A DNA stretch of 59,580 nucleotides, filler included, from Sphacelaria rigidula (Eukaryota): assembly GCA_964200075.2 (NCBI GenBank). It is 9 parts of 9 records of this genome, joined end to end, with 100 filler letters (N's around TTAATTAATTAA, not from the genome) between each part and the next. Parts side by side here need not be neighbours in the genome. Positions count along the whole stretch, not along the records: positions 46,421 to 52,950 come from CAXNAA020019522.1; positions 53,051 to 59,580 come from CAXNAA020019523.1; 7 more parts are not named here. One strand, 5' to 3'. Of the stretch, positions 50,301 through 59,580 are shown one piece after another; position 1 is the stretch's first letter; each line of letters opens with the position of its first letter. The position numbers and the translations under genes are program-made. A model generated the notes under the pieces. That model was not told the DNA's origin and did no database searches. It saw only the letters and a program-made list of their open reading frames with translations.

Positions 50301-51339
50301 GTACATGGCAGTGCATTCTACTGCGTTCTAGCAGCGCACGTGCGTCGGACGTCCCGTTGTTGGGCGATGGGTTTCCAGGTTATTGGTGACAGTACAGTAG
50401 TTCGCGATGCGGACAAAAAACACTGAATTGCTTTGCACGGGTGCGATATGTCAGATTGGTAGTGTCCAGACTACTGGGTTTTCAAATTATATGGGTACGG
50501 ATTCAACGTGACCATTATCAACGGAACATCTTTCGACCTGCGTTTGCAGTTTGATAGAGAAGGGTGACTGTTTTCTCCTCTTCAGTCCGTACGTTTGACG
50601 TAAATTAGTGTTCCGAGAAGCATCACACGCTTACTTAATCCCAGTATGGAGCGGAGGATCATTTTCCCTAATAATATATAGGACTAGTGGAAAGCCACGG
50701 CTAACGCGCGTGGCCGCAGTGCCGCAGGTATCAACACCACGCGGGTCTCGCACACGTGCAGGCTTTCAACCAAAATGACCGAGAACAAAGAGCGGCCCCA
50801 ACCTCGACCACAATCCATCAGTATTAGCAGATAAGGACTTTCAACCCCAAGATAAGGTTCTTGTCGGAGGGGTGGTAAACTCCGAAAAGTGTCCGGGCTG
50901 TTCGCGGACATTTTATCGATCATAGGCCATGTTTATACTTTTCTTTGGATACGCTTGATACATCCTTGACACGAAGAAGTCGTGCGTTGAAGTCACGCCC
51001 TCCTTATTCAGACGCGCATACACCTTCACGCAGCTGACACATCCCGGGATTTCCCCTTTTTTTCGAATGTTTTACAGGCTTACCCTTGAAACAACGCGAA
51101 GGAAGTACTTCCCCGATTTGTTTTGCTGACCGCGGGACGTGCCCCCCTGAGGAAATCTACACTTTGCCGCCCTCAATGTTCTTGTTGCACTTTGAACCCA
51201 CCCCTTCCTCCGGATGAGTCCGTGGTCTCAAGAGATCAACTCATCTCTCCCCCGATTCAATTGAATCAACGCAAAGGGAAAATAAGCACAGATGAAGGGA
51301 ACTGAGGAGAAAACGTGGAAGGGGAGATCTAAGCAGATA

Positions 51340-52200
51340 ACTACGTAACTACTACAAGAGAAGCAAGTAAGCGTATGGTCGTTAGGGATGCTAAACGGAG
51401 GGGTGTTGGCCCCCGAAAAGTGTTCGGGCTTTTCGACCACACGTGACCGCCCACAGACCACTCTCGACGGAGGATCCTGAGAAATGGGGTTCAATATTAA
51501 GATGAGGTTCAACTTCAGAAGAGTGCTTTCCCGACCTAAACTAATTACATATGACTTTCATGTAAACGACCTACCCCCCCCCCCCCCCCCCCCCCCCCCC
51601 CACCCGCGGCCGGGAGCCGGCGCCCGCCTCCCACCCAGGCATTCCCGNNNNNNNNNNTTCAATATTAAAATGAGGTTCAACTTCAAAAGAGGGCTTTCCC
51701 CACCTAAAATAATTATATTTGATTTTCTTTTAAACACCCCCCCCCCCCCCCCCCCCCCCCGACTCTCCCTTATGGGGGGTTTCGAGGCTTCTGTCCCCCG
51801 ACAGGGTATGACTATGCAAACAAACCATTATCGGGCGAAAAAGCGTCCCCCTTTCCACCCCAAAATCGAGGCATAAATGTGTTTTTGCACATGCCCTCTG
51901 CGGGAACGGAAGGCTAGAAACTCCCCAAAATATTTTCAGGGAGATCGGAGTGGATGAGGTTGTCCATATATGAAAGTAATATGTCACTACTTTAGGTCAG
52001 CAAAGCACTGATCGGAGTTGAAAGTCATTTTGATGTTCAATTTGGTTTAACCCATTTCTCAGGATCCTCTGTAAAGAATGGTAAATGGTCGGTGAGGTAT
52101 CATCGAACAGCCCGAACACCTTTCGAGGGATAATACCCCCCTCCGTTTAGCATCCCCAACGGTCACGCCCACTTTCTTCTTTCCAAGTGGTTACGTAAGT
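51340..52200. mobile_element. Foldback/MITE with ~230-bp diverged inverted arms; includes an assembly duplication around the N10 at 51648
   Basis: GGGATGCTAAACGGAGGGG / CCCCTCCGTTTAGCATCCC; GAGGATCCTGAGAAATGG / CCATTTCTCAGGATCCTC. Confidence 0.75.
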
Positions 52201-54371
52201 GCAGAGTCAGTGTGTGTGCCGTTTGTTTTTGCTGGATATAAAAGCAAGATACATTCAGCATGCCATCGCTCTCACTGAACACAGTCTACTGCATGCTGTT
52301 GTGCCTCTGCTGAGTGGAAAACTCCGGATGTTCGTGGATTGTCAGCCCGTGAAACTGTTCCGAGGCGGCGCTCGATGTCTAAAAGTTCTTGTGACGCCCC
52401 TCAGAATTCAGACGCTACACCTCCACCTCCACAACACTGGCGCATTCCGGGGTTGAACGTTTTTCTTCAAGTGTCTTTCAAGCTTACCTCAGAACCTGTG
52501 GGACTGAGAAAACTTCCGGTGTGGGGGGGGGGTTGCTGGAGGTATCTCAAACTCGGGGTTCCCGGTATATTTGACTGTAAATTACTGTGAAACATCCCGC
52601 GAACCTCGAGTTTGAGAAACCCCCCCGCTGCTAATAACTCGTATTGCACACATCGCCGAGGATCACAGATTTTTTTACTAATATTTTTTCTTATTTCGTT
52701 ATGGGCACAGAAGTGTGCGCGGTATGCACGTGGTGCAGATGAGCGGGGATGGTGGTGAGCCAGTCAGTGTGTTGTATATCTATTCTTATGTGTATCCGCA
52801 GAGATGGAATTTTCCGCAGTGCTGGGTGTAGGAGTTGAACGTGCCACAGAAACATGGCTCAGTTTCATCCACCATCCAACAGCCGATCCTAATTTTTGGG
52901 GTTGAAACATAATATGACGTTGAAGTCCCATCCCTCCATTGCAGGGAAGANNNNNNNNNNNNNNNNNNNNNNNNNNNNNNNNNNNNNNNNNNNNTTAATT
53001 AATTAANNNNNNNNNNNNNNNNNNNNNNNNNNNNNNNNNNNNNNNNNNNNAGACCAAACTTTGCTTCGCCATCCCGGCGTACGCGAGATGTCGTAAGGGG
53101 GTGCTGATCTATTGGCATCGATCGTTCTCTCGAAAACCTGCAGCACAGACAGTTCCCAGCGCAGAGATTACAGGATACTGTTGTCTGTGCCACGTAGTAT
53201 CTGCACTGCACGTCGTCCGAATAATTTTCGGCAGCCGTCCGGTGCAGCATGGCATGTGGATCCTACTGTTGTTCAATCGGCAGTACAGACAATACAGTAC
53301 TGCCTGCTATTGTCTGTATTGCACGCTGTCCACATATCTCACGCTGTACGCATCATTTTCACTACAGCCGTGCGTACTACTGTTGTGTGCCAGCTGACAC
53401 CTACAACTAACTTACTGCCGCATCCAACAGTACAGTAGGATGAAAATGTTAGTTTGCCAATAGTACAACGGCTGTACTAATGATGATGTGGGCAACGTGC
53501 AGTACAGGCAGAACTATGCAGTACAATACTGCCTGTTTGTACTGCCTACCGCATACGGCAGTATACATGCGCACATGTCAGGTTGCAGACGGTAATATAC
53601 AGCGGCTGCACTAGAATTGATATGGAGGAGTGCAGTACAGACAGTACTAGACAGTTCAGTACTTTGGTCTGTATACTGCCGCCAACGTGATATGGCAGTA
53701 TAGATTGAAGATGGCAGGTTGCACACAGTGCGGGCTGGGCCAGCAGCGATCGGGGGAAGTCTACGTTTCAGTTGTTTTTACATAAACACAGGGAGCTTGG
53801 CATGGCGAAGTATTTAGGTCTTTGTACCTCGCCTTGGCCTGCACATCCGTTCGGTTTCCGCTGATCGTTATTTTGGTATCCCCCCACCCTTTCGGTACCC
53901 ACCCCCCAAAAAATATATCTGCAACCGTAAGCTAGGGTCAACATCTCTCATAGTCTTTTCCTTGCGGTATTTTTTCCTCAAAATATGTTGCGAAATACGA
54001 GGGGAAATAACCAGCCGGAAGAAACGGCCTAACAAGCCAGGAGCGCCCATCTCGTAAAATGTCCCTCGTCTCGTATTTTTTTCCCGAAAATCTTGTGAAA
54101 TAACCCACCGTAAGTAGCCATCTTGTTCTTTTCACTCGTTATTTGCAAATAACGAGAGGATATAACCAACCGGAAGAAACGGCCTTAGCCATACATATTC
54201 TCTTTCTTCTTGATTATTTATCCATATTTTGCTTGTATCGCGTTTTGTGAGTTTTGATCTAGGTCTGTTTTGTTTTTTTTGGTTTTGCTAGCCTGTGATC
54301 ACGGAAGGCACCGCATCAGATGCCCAGTACGAATGTACCGCGCAAATATCGGAACGGTGTTTAGTGTAAAG

Positions 54372-54425
<54 letters not shown>
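54372..54425 (+). repeat. (CAA)n microsatellite; a shorter one lies at ~20002-20040
   Basis: Direct inspection. Confidence 0.95.
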
Positions 54426-54831
54426 TTAACAACAGGTGGACTTTTATTGGTCAATGGCCTAGAAAGGGTATACCTTCTATTTTTCGCCTAAGAAAGGTAC
54501 GAAAAATGGCCAGAAACGCGAAAACAGCAAAACATGCCATTCTGGCCATTTTCGTTCCGAATTTTTCTCGCACATCACTCGAGGAGGGGGGGCATTGGCA
54601 CCAGAGCCTCGAAAAGAAAACGGAAAAAAGAACATAACAGTGGATCCTGGAAAAAAAGGGGGTCCATCTCAAAAATGAGGTTGAAGTCGCATTCCTTTTT
54701 CGCAGGGATGACGCGAAACACTTTCGACCGAGCGAAGCCATCTTCCCCCAAAATGCCCGCAGCAGCTAAGCAGCTGCGGCTAGATGCACCTAACGAATGC
54801 GGTGTACACACGTGTCGACGATGATATCACC

Positions 54832-57800
54832 TGTGACGCGAGCAGGTTGGTAGTACTGCAGCGTCTAAGTGCTGTTGAGGGACTCCCCAGTTCCACTGGC
54901 CTCAAGGTCCCAGTTGTCAGCCTTCACAACACCTCACCATTCCCGTAGTGCAGGCACATATGCTCCATAAACCACATCAGAATAACATCCCTGTGTTCAT
55001 GTCATCATTCATATCATCACTACAGATCCCAAGTCGTCATCCAATCATCACCATATACTCAACGTGAAGGCGTGATTTCATCACAGCACCCCCAAAACGC
55101 GTTGGACGAGAATCGATCAACAAGCTTGACACTCAAAATACTAACGCCAAAACGATTGAGCAAGTCGCAACTGAATCCCAAACTCACGCGTAATGCGAGC
55201 AGCAATAGAACGAGTCGCGCGCACCTTACACAACACCTTCTTGAGAGAGTCCGAAATATGTTTTGAAGGCTCCCACGTACGCTCCTTGACTTCGAAACCT
55301 ACCCAGTCGACCAATACGATCAACGAACGATCCTCTGCCTCTGCCACGCAAACAATCCCAGCCATCTGAAACTGCCCCTGGTTGAAGGCGTGCTGAACCA
55401 CATCCTTCACATCTGCCGAAACATTAACCTGCGAGTCTGCAAACAAACGCAGACGAGCTACATGAGCGGACTGAACACGACCCGAAACAATGTTTTGGAT
55501 CTCGAAGACATGCGGGTGATTAGCATCAACCACTCTCCACGGACCAGTCCACATCGCCATCAATTTTGGCGCAACTCCCGGGCGACGCACATGTGCAAAC
55601 ACAACGTAATCGCCTACTTCGAAATTCGGCAATTCCAGCCCCGACGAAGACCCCTCACGTCTACGCACACGTTCAGCTGCAACACACTCCTGCACTTGTA
55701 CGTGGAAGCGTTCTTGCAAGTCCAAGACTCCTTGCAATGCACTCTAAATTTGAACATCGTCCAGAACATCACACTTCCATTCCCCCTCCGACGAGAACGC
55801 CAGCACCAAGGAAGACGTCCGAGGGGCACGGTTAAACATCAAGTGATACGGCGTACTATCGTACCGACGGCGATACGCTGCAATTAGCGCCCATTGCACA
55901 GCGGGCAACACGTCCACCCACTCGGTCACCTCTCGACGCTGCTCGAGAAGAATAGATCGAAGAGCACGAACTACTTCCTTTACCATGCGTTCTCACGTAC
56001 CGTTAGACCACGGAGAATACGCTACCGCAAATCGGTGATCAACGCGCAAAGCCTCTCGCAACCTAGCCAAGATCGCATTCTTGAAATGCGTGGCGGTATC
56101 ACTCACCCACACATGGGGCACCCCCAAAGTTTTGCACCAATTCAGCAAGGACGCAGCCGTCGATTCAGCAGCACACACTGCTACTGGTTCCAGAGCCACA
56201 ATATTGCTCAAATCATCCATGATTACCAAAATGTATCGGAACCCAGCATCCTCCGACATACCTTGGGAAGCTAGCGGGCCACTCTCGCCCACGTGTAAGA
56301 AGTCGAAATGAACGACTTCATTCGGCGTGGTCCCATGGACCGTCTCACCAAGCGGGCGGGGAACAACATCGCCCGCCCTCGAGTCAGCGCAGTGAAGACA
56401 CTGGCGGACAAATTCGCGCACATTAGTTTCTATCCCTTGCCAGACACAAAACTCTTGCAAGCGCACGAGCGTCGCAGCCACATCACGATGCCCGGCATCG
56501 CGCATGTGCGCCCAAATCATCAAGCGTACCTGCAACTGCTTGTCAGAAATCGGAATCCACAAAACGTTACGGCCACGCACATGCACACGAAACAGACCTT
56601 CATTGTCCAAGATAGCAGTACCAACGTCCGACTCGAAAGATTGCACATCCGCATCCTCGGCCCCAAGGTATTTTCGTTACGCTTGGCGGACAACAGATTT
56701 GGACGGCATCGAGTCATCAGGTTCGCACGGCCCATACACAGCCACAGCGCGCGCAGGCAAAGTGGGAATATTTACCCATCGCGACAGCAAGTCACCCGAC
56801 GCATTATGCTCACCCGAAATATGACAAATCGTGTACCGATACTGTTCTAATACTCCTTCCCACCCCTCCAATCGCTGTGCCAACGCCTTCGACACAGACG
56901 TCACGCATGCCTCCGGGTTGAAAATGTACGCTAGATTTCGGTGATCCGTGAAAATGTGTACGCCATTCCACAATAAATGCTCAAGACGACGAAACGTGCT
57001 CACGATAGCAAAACCTTCTTTGTCAATGGTAGCCCAACGCATCTGTGAACCCTTGAAATCACCACTCAGAAAAGCCAGCGGTTCATGCGTCCTGTCTTCA
57101 ACCGGCAACCGTTGTTGCATTTCTCTATCAGGCACCTACGTTACAAAACTACATCAAGCATTCGGAAACATCAGCACCTGGCAACCGGGGCGGGGATGGA
57201 ACAGCGTCACGGCGTGAGCCACCAGATCCTTCGCTGCCGCCCACGCCTGCAGCCTGTTCTCCGTCCACGAGGCGAGTGGAATAACACGATTATTTGCCAC
57301 CCGCTTCGTGCGTCTTGCTGCCCCCACCATGAGTTCTTCCAGGAAAACGCGTAAGGGCGCCACTACTTCGCCATACGTGACAACGAGGTACGCAACCAGT
57401 GCATTGCGTGCAGGAAATGCATTGATTCTGCGGTTGTTTCTGGACGCCGCATGTCAGACAAACCTTGCAAGCGGACCGGATCATGCGAGACGCGGCCGTG
57501 TGAGTATACTTTCCCACACCACACTAGTTCACTACGTGACGGATGCGGTGGAATACTTTCGCCATACGTGCAGTTTAACCGTCATGGGTTCCACGCGCGC
57601 AGGGGGATCACCCCTCAGCGCACGACGAAACGCGTCAACGTGGCGATACAGTATACCACGCAAGCGTTCCGCTTTTGAGACTCCGAGGCCATTTTCCACC
57701 GCATCCGTCACGCTTTCCTCAAGCGCAGCCTTGCGTGCGGCCTCTTCTTCCTCCGGCTCCATAATCATATCGGGGCCGCGCTCCACCAAGCGTTTCACCG

Positions 57801-59580
57801 CCTCGTCACGCTCCTCGGACACGTGCCCCCCCGCCTCTTGGAGAGCATCAATCGACAAGCTCACTCTGCGACTAGCCAAAAAAGCAGGCGTCTCGACACT
57901 TGAACCGGGCGCCGGCATTTTTGGACCCCAACAACCGGTCATACGGATCGACTCCGAGTTCCCGAAGCGTCGGTAGGCCCAACAGAACGACACCATCCGT
58001 CCCCGGCATGATCATAAACGATATTGGGGGTAATTTTTCTGGCCCCCAAGTAGTCAGGAACGCCAACTGTAGGGGAATGGTACGCTCCGTCACATTTATA
58101 CGTTGTCCCGATGCGGTGATGGCCTGCCGCGCCCCGAGCGAGAACGGAATGTGGATTTGCTCACCGGGGAGTAAACGCTCCAACATCTCCACAATTAGCA
58201 CCGACATGCTCGTGAAGTGGGAACCTGAATCCAACACCGCTTTGACCAAAATCGCTCCCCGCGCCCGTTGATCGGGCAGATATAACTCGTCAGGGACATA
58301 ATTGTCTTGGTCCTCGACCGGCACGTGCTCCGCCGACTGATCGTTCGTGATCTCCACCTGGCGCCACGGCTGCGCGCGAGGCGCAGGCAGAGACGCCCCC
58401 GCTGGGGTCACCGGCACCGCCGGCGGGTACGAAGCCCCACCTGCAGAACCAAATTGCAGCGGTACCCCGACCGGAACAGCAGCGGATCGAAATTTCAGCT
58501 GGAAACCGGTCGGCTCTGCAGCCGGCGTCTCGCCCTGCGCTGCTGCCGACGGCGCCGGCACCGAGCCCGACACCAGATAGGTCGGTCCCACCTGCACCGC
58601 CCGTTGCGGAGCAGCAGCCCCTGCGGCTGAACCGAAACCAGAACCGGACCCCTGCTGACGCCGCTGCCCCTGCTGCTGCTGCTGCTGCTGCTGGGAAGTT
58701 GACTGTACACCTCCACCTCTGGAGGTTCCGCCGCCGCCACCACGATTACCTCGTCTTTTGCCCGTGTGCTGACGATGCTGATGACGCGCGGCATGAGACT
58801 GCCCAGACTCTCCATCGGAAGACGTTGGGCAATCGCGCGCGTAATGGCCGACCTGGCCACAACAGTGGCAAGTGCCCGCCGCATGCCCAGCATGCTTTTC
58901 GATCGCCGCCACCAATTGCGGCGGGGTGATTGTGATCTTCTTGTAAAAGATTTGCGCAAAAACTCGTTGGAGAGGGGTTGGCACGAGGTGCTCCATGGAT
59001 AGCACCTGATGCTTTACCGCACCCCTCGCATTCGCATTTTCCACCCGCTTCTTGTATTTCACGTATCTAGTATGAAACGAACGAGAAGCACCCTCAGAGT
59101 ATAACTTTTCGTATCTGGGCGGCCGCAACTCTTCTCGTAGGACAACTGGGTTACAGTCATCTCCGCTGGCTCTATTTCCAAGCGGACCAACTTGAAGGTT
59201 TCGACCTTCTCGAACTTACAGTTCACACCTGCCTCTTCGCTGCTCCACACAGCCTTGGGTTCCTATAAACACCCGCTGCAGGCAGGTCCAGCAAGTCTCC
59301 AGTCTGGATCAATCACGGGCCAGCCGCCTTTGCAGCTGACTGAGCTTGAAGCTTCCTCACGCGTCCGTGAAGCCCTGTGCCCGAAGCTAATCACAAGTTG
59401 TCCAGACTCTCCCTGCTAATTTTTAGCAGACTCAAACGATAGCATCTACTAGCACGCCCTAGCACTAGCACCAGTATCGATATTGTGACGCTAGCAGGTC
59501 TGCTAGTACCGCAGCGTCTAAATGCTGTTGAGGGACTCCCCAGCTCATCTGGCCTCAAGGTCTCAGTTGTCAGCCCTTAC
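54832..59580 (-). mobile_element. Ty3/Gypsy chromovirus copy 3: 3' LTR 54832-55085, 5' LTR from 59484 (cut by the window end); gag and RT deletions
   Basis: LTR TGTGAC..TCACA; G-rich PPT at ~55086-55093; IN HHCC/DDE, WTGPWRV and chromodomain (VLVDWVGFEVKERTWEP); RH; protease VLDSGSHF; CCHC knuckle. Confidence 0.94.
57872..59128 (-). CDS. gag: Gag-protease ORF of copy 3 with an in-frame gag deletion
   Basis: HAGHAAG is joined directly to TCHCCGQVGHYARDC; ~150 aa present in copy 2 are absent. Confidence 0.8.
   Translation of the reverse strand: MRPPRYEKLYSEGASRSFHTRYVKYKKRVENANARGAVKHQVLSMEHLVPTPLQRVFAQIFYKKITITPPQLVAAIEKHAGHAAGTCHCCGQVGHYARDCPTSSDGESGQSHAARHQHRQHTGKRRGNRGGGGGTSRGGGVQSTSQQQQQQQQGQRRQQGSGSGFGSAAGAAAPQRAVQVGPTYLVSGSVPAPSAAAQGETPAAEPTGFQLKFRSAAVPVGVPLQFGSAGGASYPPAVPVTPAGASLPAPRAQPWRQVEITNDQSAEHVPVEDQDNYVPDELYLPDQRARGAILVKAVLDSGSHFTSMSVLIVEMLERLLPGEQIHIPFSLGARQAITASGQRINVTERTIPLQLAFLTTWGPEKLPPISFMIMPGTDGVVLLGLPTLRELGVDPYDRLLGSKNAGARFKCRDACFFG

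Larger units (their letters stand above)
6533..53050. other. Eight artificial 100-bp contig spacers (N-run, TTAATTAATTAA, N-run) at 6533, 13165, 19797, 26428, 33059, 39690, 46321 and 52951
   Basis: Identical linker with stops in all six frames; intervening contigs measure 6532, 6532, 6532, 6531 (x4), 6530 and 6530 bp. Confidence 0.97.

Overview
Eukaryotic, repeat-rich sequence, probably from a brown alga or other stramenopile (inferred from the GT-AG gene structure and the style of the LINE, chromovirus and SINE repeats; not proven). It is not one locus. Eight 100-bp N spacers carrying TTAATTAATTAA separate nine contigs of 6532-6530 bp in descending length, so this is a size-sorted concatenation and nothing can be inferred across the gaps. 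Contents: three decayed Ty3/Gypsy LTR retrotransposons (two related chromovirus-type copies both lack the RT core), two LINE RT fragments, two tRNA-headed SINE-like elements, many MITEs and foldback repeats, one spliced host gene with two DUF2061-like repeats, and possible exons of a second gene. The standout is contig 5 (26528-33058), a compact, intronless, virus-like block. It holds a 538-aa Zn-ribbon ORF with a possible TBP/VLTF2-like C-terminus, an orphan 294-aa ORF, a D5-like SF3 helicase (one frameshift, one nonsense) and a small family-B DNA polymerase (frameshifts, motif A D->N, truncated). The helicase and PolB appear to start head-to-head on one shared CATG. The block looks like a decaying endogenous dsDNA virus or virus-like element of unclear lineage.
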